DNA of 64,000 nt from Enoplolaimus lenunculus (Eukaryota): NCBI GenBank assembly GCA_030248215.1, contig JASANG010001107.1, positions 682,001 through 746,000 of the forward strand. Reading direction: 5' to 3'. The notes below the pieces were generated by a model. That model was not told the origin of the DNA, did not search any database, and saw only the letters and a program-made list of their open reading frames with translations. A program made the translations under genes and the position numbers. Positions within the stretch are counted from its first letter, which is position 1, and every line of letters begins with the position of its first letter. Below, in pieces: positions 52,801 through 64,000 of this stretch.

Positions 52801-53636
52801 GTGAAACCATCCGTTGGGGTGAAACCATCCGTTTGGTGAAGCCAACCGTTGGGGTGAAACCAACCGTTGAGCTGAAACCAACCGTTGGGGTGAAACCAAC
52901 CGTTTGGGCAAAACCAACCGTTGGGGCAAAACCAACCGTTGGGGCAAAACTAACCGTTGGGGTGAAACCAACCGTTGGGGTGAAACCAACCGTTGGGGTG
53001 AAACCGACTGTTGGGGTGAAACCAACCGTTGGGGTGAAACCAACCGTAAGCTCTATAAAGTGGTGGGGCAAAACCAACCGTTGGGGCAAAACCAACCGTT
53101 GGGGTGAAACCAACCGCTGGGGTGAAACCAACCGTTGGGGCAAAACCAACCGTTGGGGCAAAACCAACCGTTGGGGTAAAACTAACCGTTGGGGTGAAAC
53201 CAACCGTTGGGGTGAAACCAACCGTTGGGGTGAAACCAACCGTTGGGGTGAAACCGACCGTTGGGGTGAAACCGACTGTTGGGGTGAAACCAACCGTTGG
53301 GGTGAAACCAACCGTAAGCTCTATAAAGTGGTGGGGCAAAACCAACCGTTGGGGCAAAACCAACCGTTGGGGTGAAACCAACCGTTGGGGTGAAACCAAC
53401 CGTTGGGGCAAAACCAACCGTTGGGGCAAAACCAACCGTTGGGGTAAAACTAACCGTTGGGGTGAAACCAACCGTTGGGGTGAAACCAACCGTTGGGGTG
53501 AAACCAACCGTTGGGGCAAAACCAACCGTTGGGGTAAAACTAACCGTTGGGGTGAAACCAACCGTTGGGGTGAAACCAACCGTTGGGGTGAAACCGACTG
53601 TTGGGGTGAAACCAACCACAAGCTCTATAAAGTGGT
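46830..53636. repeat. ~6.8-kb tandem array (satellite) of an 18-bp unit, consensus GGGGTGAAACCAACCGTT, roughly 370 units, with higher-order repeats
   Basis: The array is directly visible. Recurrent variants (GGGGCAAAA, CCGACT, CTAACC) and an AAGCTCTATAAAGTGGT interruption define higher-order blocks, for example a 1837-bp offset between 50730/51209/51477 and 52567/53046/53314. Confidence 0.98.
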
Positions 53637-55560
53637 GAAAGTTATAATCGTAAAATTACATAGCTAACGTGTAAAAAGTGTTGAACCAAAATGAAAAATT
53701 TCGTGCACTTTCTGTAAGGAGTTTTTTGACCGTAACTATTGAAGACCACACTGGTTTGCAAAATCCTTTGGCACAAATATTCCATACGTACCAGGATACC
53801 AGTGTACAAAATTTAAACGATACAGGTCTGATATTACTTGAGCACCAACATGCGAACTAAACTGAAAATACGCGCTTGAGATGCGCGAATCATATATATG
53901 AACACTATCGTGTTCATATGATTATTCTCACACGTAAAGCTAACTTTCGGATTTGTAATTTTGCATTCATTATATTCATAACTTTAGCCATGTCAGAGAT
54001 TGATGTGAGGGGGCCTGCGATCGTCCTACTCCGCCCGCCACACGAGATTTTTTCAAGCCGCTATGTGGGCTCCGCCAAAAACCGTGCCCCAACGGCACTA
54101 CGCAATCCGGCAGCAGTTTACTGAAATATTAATTGACAGCATTACAGCGATGGTTATGTTGATTTCCATATGCAATTATTCTATCTATCTTGTCGCGGCG
54201 TTTACTTATTCAGCAAAGATTTAAACTAAATTAGCACGCGGCCGACCGGAAAAATTCGATGAACAATCAAATTTTTAGAATGTCAATCTGCCGAAAACTT
54301 TTCAGCTTTACTTTTGAGGTAAAAATTTCAAAACTGAGAGAAATATTTGGCGGCTTGCCCCAAGGTGTTCAATTGTTTCTCTGAGCCAGGTTATAAATAT
54401 TTGAGTGTTTGATTAATGGTTCCAAACATTAGAGAACATCGGTGGGGCATGGTACATTGTACTTCTACTTTGATACTTCGAATATGAAATGATAGAAGTT
54501 AAATTTCACTTTGTAGTTCTTAATTGTCAAATATTTTATCAAAATAGATTATAATTATTATATTATTACTAATGTTTTTATTATTATTATTATTAGATAT
54601 TATTCTTAATAGCAATAATGAATACTAAATTTATTAATATATAAGTATATTTTTACATATATAAATGCTTGAAATTTTTGTAAATTTGAACGTACAAACA
54701 TTCAGTTCGCACACATGATTTGGAAAACATATGGAGAAACGCTTCGTCAATCGAGAAATAGTTTTCTGTGTCGACGACAATCATTCCAAAAACATATATA
54801 TAGATCTGGGTCAACGCTTATTTTATTTGTGAAAAATTTATTTATATAATTTCGGTGCGCTGAATATAAATGTTTTTGTTTAGATATTTCTTTTGTATGT
54901 TGAATATTGACGAAATGAAAATTTATGCAACACTAAATGACATAATATGTTGTGTCGTTATACTTGTGTAAATTTGAAATTGCTGTCCTATGATGTCATT
55001 GATCACGCGTGCAGTGGAATAGCTTTTTCCACCCTATAAAATTCTAATACGAATATTATAAAATTTTTCAAAATTTTTTGCGATTTGTTCAAATGTTTAA
55101 TGGATACCGAACAGCTAACAAATATATTCGACTACATAAAGTGTAATATGTACGTAAAATATATTTAGCGGTGAAACAGAAAAGTTAAGCCTGTTTATGT
55201 TAATTTAAGTGCCTCTTTGTTCAGCCTGAGCATATACCTAAATATAAACCAAATCCTAATCCTGTAAGCAAACGTTTTTTGTTATATCAAACTAACAGCG
55301 CCTATTGCAGTTAACACTTTCGCCATTTAATCGTTTCCAAGCCGCTATAAAGAACCATAATAAAATTTTGACTTTAATTTCTTTTAAAGCATGAATTTGA
55401 TATAGATACATATATATGTATATATACATAAATATATATATACAGTTCAGATGTATTAATTTCGTCACATGAAACTGTAGCCGCAGGAATAGAATCCATT
55501 ATTTATAGCTAGAACCTATTCAGAATAGTTAAAGTCGGCAAAAACTACTTGTATTCAATA

Positions 55561-58500
55561 ATGCTACCACTATTAATATTATTCGTTTCATTGTGGATAA
55601 TATGTCAGTCTCGTGATCCCATTATTGACGACGGCGTACGGGTTGTTCAATTTCCATCTGGAACATCTTTTCGAACACTGCAGAACACAGCCCCCATCGT
55701 TAGCAACCGTCGCAATACCCCCGTAGATTCATCGCCCCCTAATGATTCAAGCAGGCGTCGTTACCGGTATCGGTCAAACATTCGAGATCTTGAGTTAGAT
55801 TCCACTGCGACACAGTTTAGACAATCTAGCCGACTAGTAAACGACCATTATAATCGCGGTCGCGAAGTTTCACCGAACCGAGCAGCAGATGGGATTCGCG
55901 GATCACAAAATGTTGCGCCAGCAGTTTCGGCCACTCGTATTTTGGGTTCAAGCTCTTCATTCGACCAGGCAGCGCCAGAATATCACGACACTCAAGCAAT
56001 CCGAAAACTTTCATCGCAGCAAGAACAACAACAATTTAGTGGTGAAGCCGCAACACAACAAGACGGGTCCATTCGATTTTTGCCGCAACTGGAACGCGAA
56101 AATCAAATATCGTCGTCGCTGGCTGGAGCTAGTGGAGGGCTAGGCAATTCACAACAGATCGATCCAGCGTTGTTAGGCCTGGGTGGGAATGCTGCTGGCA
56201 CAGCGGGGCTGAGCCCGTTTGGTATCGCACCAGGCCTGGGGTTGGGTGGCGCAGGAGCGGGTGGAGGAGTTGCAGTACCTGGTGGATTAGGTAAGTTACC
56301 TACGTAATGTTGAACACAGAATTCGATAGTAACACAGTCTATCCACTGAACATTTCACGATGTTTAAAATTAATGTTGATATTAGCAATAAAAATAGCTA
56401 AATATAATTATTATGGAATTGTATAGAAGTAAATAATTTACCCGCAACCTAGTTATAGATATATATTAATCTTCTGCAATTTTAAAATACTTTCCAATTT
56501 TAACACATGACACGCATCAACAGGAATTTAATGCATATACAGTCTTCAAACATTGTTTCTATTAACAAATTCCGTTATATATTTAGGAAGCGGATTTAGC
56601 TCCATACAACCACAACCAAGTGCCAGCGGTATATTAGGGGCGATTGGTGGACCTGGAGGGCTTCTTAGTTCACTGCCTGCCGGCTTCGCTGGTTTAGGCA
56701 CCGGTGCAGGATTAGGCCAACCGTCACCAGCTTTCGGAGGTGCAGCCGGTTTGCCCGCAGCCGTGCCAGGTGGAAATGGAGGTTTACTTGGTATACTCAG
56801 TGGGATTGGAAAGCAGTTGGGTCGACAGCGTAAGTTTGAAATTGTGATCATTGGCATTTTGTCTTAATCGCAATATTATGAACGGCGCCAGCTTTAGTCA
56901 ATAATGATGTAACTTTGGTTTATAGTATTGTTTAGTTGTTTGCGTGAAAACCTGGATATAGAATTAGTTTCGAAATTTTAAATATATATTTTTAATAAAT
57001 GTACTTCAATGACCTAGATAGCATAGAACCTAGCATGACTATGTCAAAGATGAACACGGTCATAAGTCTGCATGGATTAGCAATGCGGATGCTTTATAAG
57101 GCCTTTTCATTACAAAAAGTCTGTTAATCTTTTTTAGTTGGTGGCACCAGTAGTGCTGGCCCAGGACTACCTGGAGGACTTGGAGGAATACCGCTTCCTG
57201 GATTAACCGGAGCCGGTGGACTACCTGGCTTGGGTGTAGGCCCGGTCGGCGGTGGGGCACCGTTTGATTTCGCTGGACTTATCGGTATGTTTATGTAATT
57301 ATTTATCGCGTATCTAATGATATCTAGTTTAAATTTGATATTTTCAGATACTTGCGATTCCTTGAAAATCGTTTCGTATATATAAAACAAACTTTATTTG
57401 TTCAATTAATAGCACATACGTGCCTGGTCCTAAAGTATATCTAGGGACCAAAAACGCTGAATTTCGATCTTAGCTTGAAACACATAAATTGGCTCACAAA
57501 GAAAGCAACCAGACTTCAGTTTACGCAACGGACAGATGTGCTGAAAAGGTTGACAGAATAGTCATCGGAAACGAGCTATAAGTGAAGCGTACCAAACTGC
57601 AACAAAAAGGTATTTTGTCGTCAACCTTAACGCGATTTTAGAAACGCAAAAAGTGTTCTGTATATATTTGATACAATTCCTTTACAACGAGGTCTTTTTC
57701 TTGCGAAATTCCCATTTGGAATTGTTCTAATATAACTCAATCGCTGAAATACAAATTTAGCATCTCTCAGTCGTCGCGCTCTTAACGGAAGTAGCGTGGC
57801 GGACGCAGTGCCACCGGAACGTCTACAAGGATTCGCCGATAATGTAACTGATAAGCTGTTGCCAACGTTACCCAAAATTGATCTTGCAAAATACATGGGC
57901 CGATGGTTTGAAGTAAATATTTTATTAGTTGTTAGACATGGTTGAGTGGCTACAAGCGTACAGGTCATTTTTCAGTCGAGGCTGATCTTTTTTGGTAGGA
58001 AAGTTGAAGTTCTCAGCAAGATTTAATAGCAACACCACTACATAAAACTGCAATTGCTGGAAATAACTTTTGTCCGAGTCCGGAAGAACTGAAGTCCCCT
58101 CAGCCACCGTGGCTTGTTGGCATACCAACTGATAATTGCAAAACCAAATGTTGAATGTTTCCTAGTAGTTCCAGATAGTGAATATACCTCGTGCCAATAA
58201 ATAATTATAGATTGAAAACATCAAAATAATGCCACATACTTCAGGTCAAGGTTTCTCTAAGCAAAGCAGACGGTAACTATATGTACCGCGCTTTTTTGTA
58301 TAATAGTTTGTATTCTAGCTGGCTATTATCTTAAGTTTCCTTATATTTTCATAAAAACTCTTCGAAAAATTATCATATTTTATAATACGTATTTCACGAT
58401 TCTAGTAAATTTTACCGATTTGGAAACCCCACAACCGTTAATATATATTACACCTAACTATATATTCATCTTAGGGAATTTCAAGTCCTAAAGCTTCAAC

Positions 58501-59777
58501 GCAACGCTGTGTTGTTCATCATTGTAAGTTTGTTTAACCACTGCAATAATATCTCAGAGTGCAAAAATGCTACAAATTTTTTCACTACAGGACTAAGTAT
58601 AGTTGGTAATATTACTACCTCAGTAGTATTTATCATCGATGTATGACCATTAGTTATATTTCGGCGGTGTGAATACGAATTTTGTGATACATAAACCGCA
58701 TTTGAGTAAGTACTGGAGGTGGTCCAGTCGATGTTTACGCGTTTTTGTGCATGAGACTATTTTAGAATAGTTTTGAAACGCCATCACTTTACAAAATTCA
58801 ACCGTTTAGTACCTTTTTCAGACGGCGGATTAACGGAGAATCAAAAAACGTCAACATTTACAGCTTTGAAGATTTATCGTGACGGCAGTGAATTCGGTCA
58901 AGTTCAATACTCGATTGGTTACGCCTTCCGCGGTGGTCGAAAAGACGCAATGCTGCAAATGCATTCCAGCGAAGCTTCCAATCCAACGCCGTGTAAGTTC
59001 TAGCATTTCAACAATGTAAAGCGAAATCTCATACGATTTCTAAAATGTAGAGATAGACGCATCTGCATGCAAACAATATTGAAGAAAGCAAGAATCCGTA
59101 AGCAGATAGAGTCCCTTAACAAAATTAGAGTCCGTAAATGTCAATTATCCCTAATTGTAGCGCATAAATGACTGCAGGGCCAAATAAAGTTGTGTTCGAA
59201 ACTTTAAAGCGTACTTAAGTTTTGAAAGTAACATTCCTAAGTATAACCTTACATTATCGCTCCAGCTTTTGATACGAAGCAAAATACGCTTAATTCAACT
59301 GATAGTTGCAATACCGGATATATATCAGCAACAAAGGGTAGCGGAGCGTGGGTTAAAAATAAATAACAGTCCGTAACCGAATAACAAGGGGGGTACCCTC
59401 TGGAGAGGCCAAATAAATATCAGTCCCCCCTCTTACTCGGGTCACTACAATAAACCTTGTCAATTTTATAAAATACAAACGTTTTAGTTTTAATTTTTGG
59501 AGTTTCAGATTGGATATACCATCTTGGACCAATTGGAAAAGACCCGTTTGGCAACGATCAATACGAATATGCGGTGGTTTCAAATTGGATCAAGTATCCA
59601 ATGATGGTGCTAGTTCGTGACCCCGACAAGTTTCAAAAAGAACATTACGTTGACGTATTACGATGGCTTGAAGATAATCGCTTTATAACACCATTTACAC
59701 GAGCCTTCAACTTAATTCAATCTACTGACTATTCTAATTGCCAGTATGAGGACAGTACCTTTGCAGCGTTTGGTTAG
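55561..59777 (+). CDS. lpr-3: Lipocalin-related protein, LPR-3-like, with signal peptide and long Gly-rich N-terminal region; 7 exons
   Basis: Exons 55561-56290, 56587-56829, 57138-57284, 57761-57912, 58475-58523, 58822-58992 and 59509-59777 are all GT-AG and phase compatible. The lipocalin motif IDLAKYMGRWFE is followed by QRCVVHHYGGLT, FTALKIYRDGSEFG, YWIYHLGP and QYEYAVVSNW. The lipocalin call is firm; the lpr-3 label comes from recalled similarity and needs a BLAST check. Confidence 0.82.
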
Positions 59778-60451
59778 CAACAGTACCTGCTTAACCGCTC
59801 ATAACTCTTGTATCGCCATGATGCCGGTGAGTAAATGCATCTCGTAAAGTGCACCACACCGAAAACGCTCTGCTTTTTCTCCAAACCGCCCACAGGGTAC
59901 AAACCGGATGACCGCTTCCGATAAATACTTAATCGGAATCAGTTTCCGTTAAAAAATGCAGGAACTTCCGTTATGTTGATATTTGATGGTAGTTGGAAAT
60001 CGGTTAAGTATCATTGAGGTTTTCGATACAAGTACGCTGCAATTTATTAGATGTAAAAGAAACTCAGTGAGTCGAATTTGATTCTGGCGGAGTCGAATTC
60101 GACTCAGTTTGTGCAATCCGGAAAAACCGATTTCGGAAAGAGTTAATTTGACTCACCATTTTTTGCAGTGTAACCCCTCAACTAAGCCTACCCGTAAACC
60201 AGAAATTAGTCTGAAGCTTAAGTTTACTCTATTATATGCACCCGCACAAATGGTTCGCCCCTAAAGTAACACGAGCCAAACACTTAGCGAAAAAAATTTA
60301 CTACCGAATCTTTTTACTGAGCCGAAGATCAATTTTCGAACGGTACCGAAGGCAGAGCGCGAGGTGCACTCTAATTAAGACCGTGGATAGTAAAAATATC
60401 TTAAACAGAAATGGTGTTCAAAATAACGGAAAACGAATATTGAAGTATGAG

Positions 60452-60672
60452 CCCATGTTACTTTAAGGGGCGTTCAGGTTACTGGTGATTCCATAAAAAG
60501 TAGGTTCAGAATCTAGATTACATTTTTTGCTTAGGCTTAGGTACACACTTTTGCAACGCTTAGGCTTAGGAACACACTTTTGCAACACTTAGGCTTAGGA
60601 ACACACTTTTGCAACACTTAGGCTTATGAATACGCTTAATCTACTGCTACTCCCCTTAAAGTAACATTGGCC
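60452..60672. mobile_element. MITE carrying TTAGGC telomere-like hexamers and a 3x ~30-bp internal tandem repeat
   Basis: TIRs GCCCATGTTACTTTAAGGGG / CCCCTTAAAGTAACATTGGC enclose repeated CTTAGGCTTAGGAACACACTTTTGCAAC. Related elements lie at ~297-457, ~22600-22770, ~27085-27190, ~33815-33968 and ~35955-36085. Confidence 0.72.
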
Positions 60673-61443
60673 GAAGTATGAAAATGCAAGGATATTTTAT
60701 TTTAATGCAAACATGATGCTTGCAAATATTACCCAGGCCTATCAGATTTTATGGAAAAACGGCGGCTGCATCGAGATTTTTAAGATGTTAGATGAATTTC
60801 GTAATCTTCATTTTATTTCAAACATTTGCAGTATCAAGCGATGCGTCACAAAATAGTAGAGCTCGAATGCTTTTCCTGTCGACAAATATTGAGTCTTACA
60901 GTTTCATACGTATCTAACTTGGAAAATACCAGTTTACTGCTACTTTATTTACTGCTTCGATCTCTTTTAGAAATATTGTATACTCTTTGTTTTATGTTTT
61001 GAAAAAGCGTTGCAATAAAACAATGTTATTTTTTAACTTTATTTCGTTAGTTTTTGATAAGAGCACACAAAGCACCTACGCAGAGGCACCTAAATTTTGA
61101 GAAAATTTTTTTACATGTATACTTCAAAGTAACTTGCTAGATCCTAGTTGCCACTCGGTACCGAGGTTAGCATTCTTCTGTCCTCTAAGCGGGCTTATTC
61201 CCAAATTGGGTCTCGCTCCAAATTTGCAGAAGCACATTTTTCCAAAAAATATACAACATAACACTAAATCAGTTTATAGTGAGACGTGATCCGCGCTAAA
61301 TGGTTTGGTGCACAAAAAACTTGCATTGCGGATTACAAGGGGCTCGATTGATCGTATGGGGGTCTTCGAGGTGGTCTCACAAGACGTAGCCTCAACTCTG
61401 ACTAACTTTTATCGGTCGATCGCAAAAACTTTTTAATCAGGGT

Positions 61444-61852
61444 CAGGGTGCAACCGGAATTTTAAAATACCGGAGCCGGAAAGTTAAGAAAATACTGGAA
61501 CCGGAAAATAAAAATATTATGTACCGAAAAATTCATTTTTAAGCGCTATTTCATCGCTTTTAATGCAGTAAACACACCATATAGAATGCCAAAATCCCGA
61601 AACAAATGCGGTAGTAGGTGGAAACATATATGATAAATTATGGAGTATGGCACAAATTTAAAAATTTGGCAATATATACACTCTTGGACGATTTTATATA
61701 AATAAGTTAGAATATAATGCCAATTGTCTTAATAAATTTTCGACTGAGAAAAAATTTTCAATACCGAAAATACCGGAAAATTCCGGCGAAAAAATACCGG
61801 ATTTATTACCGGAACCGGATAGTGCAAAATACGTAATTCCGGTTGCACCCTG
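61444..61852. mobile_element. hAT-like MITE just downstream of the GCP4 stop codon
   Basis: TIRs CAGGGTGCAACCGGAAT / ATTCCGGTTGCACCCTG are flanked by an 8-bp TSD ATCAGGGT / ATCAAGGT (one mismatch). There are internal ACCGGA subrepeats. Confidence 0.85.
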
Positions 61853-61933
61853 ATCAAGGTATACCTTGCCTCATTGGAATTCTGGCTGTACGCCTGATGT
61901 GCGCGAGGCTACAGCAACAACGAAGTATACATG

Positions 61934-63972
61934 TTACTTTTCAGATTGGGCCAGTAACTTAGCAGCAGAAAAATATCCATTAAAGTCTAGACGCAACATT
62001 AGCTGGTTCAAATATGTGCTATTAGCGGCGTTTGATTGTATAACATTAAAAAGTTTAGCAGCTGTAGTTTGAAACCTGCAATAAAGTTCGTGAGTTTGTT
62101 GCACTGCGGCAACTTGATGCTTCTCTTTCAACGACTTTCGGCCACGAAGTGTTAGGAAAAGCGTTGAATAATCGTCGCATACAGACAACACCGATTGTAA
62201 ATGCTTAATGATGTGACCTCCAGATTCTTCAGTCAGAAATGTATGTGCGCGCAAATCAGCCACAAAGATTGATGTTAACCGTTGTACTGTATCGAAATCG
62301 CGACATTCGGACAGTTTCTTACGAAACGGATAAAACGTGCTTTCCAAAATGTCCACCTAAAACACGCAGGTACACATTTGTTTACAAATATATAAAACTA
62401 CGTGGCAAATAATCCCTGACTCAAAGTTAAACACTCCTCCTGTCTCCCAGGGGCAGTATCCTATTCTCGACATGGGTCTTGACTGCTAGCAATTTGATGG
62501 ACGTAGATACATATGTATAATGATTGCTCACACTCTTCATGCTACTTTATTTTGCACAATTTTTGAGTTCGAAGACATATTTTGCAACTTGATTTACGTT
62601 TTGAACAAGTTTTAAACTCAGAAAGAAAAGCTCAACTCCAATGTTCAATTAAATCTGCAACAAGTCGATGTATAACTGCGAGATGGCAATAACCAATATT
62701 ACTGCATTTACAGAACATTGAACAAAAACAAAATGAAAACGCACTAGCTAAAAGTCTGCTAACAAGTAGCAGTCCCGTAGTCGGAGGAGAGCCAACTGTG
62801 CTAATTCCTCAGAAAACGTCGAGAGCTTCTCCAAAACGAACTAGCCCCACTTGCAAATCCCGTGCAATCGCCTCATGTCTCTCATTAGGCTGTATGTCTA
62901 GCATGCTGAGTTTTCTACGGCCTAATGAATGTGTTTCAAATAACTCCTATATACGTATTCTCCACGTATTCTCCAATCAGTGTAACACCTATCACCAACT
63001 GGTGATAGGTCAAGCAACTTTTGAACCAGTGAGTGCTGAAATTCCAAATTCACCACAGCTTTGTTACGTTTGATTTGTTATACTTATTTACAAATTTTGA
63101 GATCCGCAATTGCAGGAGTTCGTTTATTTGAAACCTATCACTACCTGGTAACAGGGCTATACGCATTTGGGAATATGGGCCATTAATATTTGTTTCTGAC
63201 AAACCTGAAGGTAATACTGCAAACTATCAATGAGAAAAACCATAAACATCCGCAGTTGCCAATACCGACTATGACGACTTGCTATACGTGGATCAAACAA
63301 CTGTTTCGCAGGAACATTTTGACTTGACCAGCACACGTGCAGCCGGTGTTGCGTATAGCGAACACGAAATAAAAACGAGAAAATTTCGTTTAGTTGAGGA
63401 ATAACAACTGAATTGGTGAAAACCAGATGAAGTGGCCACACTGGACGATAAGACAATGACAAACATGCCAGCAGTGGTAACACGTTGTCTGTGCCAAGAT
63501 TTTTGCTGTCGTAGTGCTATACAAAAGAGTAAATTACAATTAGCGGCACATTCTTTAAAAATAACTGCAGAAGAGGGCAATCGAAATTGTGAACCAACAA
63601 AAATTTTGCGACCCAACAATATTTCTTAAAATCGTACATATCCCTGCTCAGTGTGAGAATTTAGCGCTGAACAAAACGTTCATGTTAACAAGTGGATAAT
63701 TTATACATGAAGACAACATTAGCTGTTGCGCGCGTACTAAAGAACGGGTTAAAATTACTTTAGAGCCATTCTCTAATATTTTTAATAAACCAGAGCAAAA
63801 TATTACAATACAACAAGATTGAAAAAACAAAAAATACTGAATTCAGTGAACGTACCAATCGCGATTTGGTGGTAGTAACAGTGATCGAAAACAGCTCGAA
63901 CACTTTATCGTCAACATTGTACACCGAACTTGCTGCAGCGTTAAATGCATGCAAAATTTCAGAAATAGAAAC
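61934..63972 (-). CDS. TUBGCP4: Gamma-tubulin complex component, GCP4-like, C-terminal three exons (gene continues beyond the window)
   Basis: Exons (minus strand) 63972-63856, 63516-63205 and 62356-61934 are all phase 0. GRIP2-domain motifs LSLSYRPVWPLHLVFT, FSFLFRVRYTQHRL, FLIDSLQYYLQVDILES and LNQLMLRLDFNGYFS most resemble GCP4. Confidence 0.82.
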
Positions 63973-64000
63973 CTGCAATAAGCAATATAGTATTTACGAT

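Noticed and set aside
46830..53636. CRISPR-like array (repeats with interruptions)
   Set aside because: The units are head-to-tail with no unique spacers, the interruptions are near-identical to each other, there are no cas genes, and the context is eukaryotic.
46820..53667. Dozens of long ORFs (VKPTVG, PQRLVS, HPNGWF, GETNRW repeats) in the ORF track
   Set aside because: They arise automatically because the 18-bp unit is a multiple of three and is stop-free in five of six frames. Recurrent frameshifts break them, so none is annotated as a CDS; the exon hypothesis is kept only as a finding.
1..64000. rRNA, intact tRNA, snRNA or SL RNA genes; autonomous transposase or reverse transcriptase ORFs; non-standard genetic code
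   Set aside because: None was recognised by eye, and all seven genes translate cleanly with the standard code. A covariance-model search would be needed to exclude small RNAs.

Overview
This is AT-rich eukaryotic genomic DNA, almost certainly from a nematode. The evidence is a classic cuticle collagen, an LPR-type lipocalin, TTTCAG acceptors and TTAGGC hexamers; a recognisable GCP4 hints at a lineage more basal than C. elegans. Seven intron-containing genes can be assembled by hand: an RDH/DHRS-type short-chain dehydrogenase (-), a divergent ammonium transporter (+), a sphingomyelin synthase with two candidate first exons (+), a cuticle collagen (+), a beta-lactamase-domain protein with a probable GC-AG intron (+), an LPR-3-like lipocalin (+) and the 3' part of gamma-tubulin complex component 4 (-). 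Introns and intergenic DNA hold many non-autonomous transposons: three Helentron/HINE (DINE-1-like) copies, hAT-like and TA-flanked MITEs, and MITEs carrying telomere-like TTAGGC. The most unusual region is 46.0-53.9 kb. It has a near-perfect foldback element whose two ends each look like a Helitron 3' terminus. Next to it is a ~6.8-kb 18-bp tandem array with higher-order structure, in which the array's own flanking junction (a plausible splice acceptor) recurs 12 times internally. All exon structures, alignments and family calls were made by eye, without database searches.
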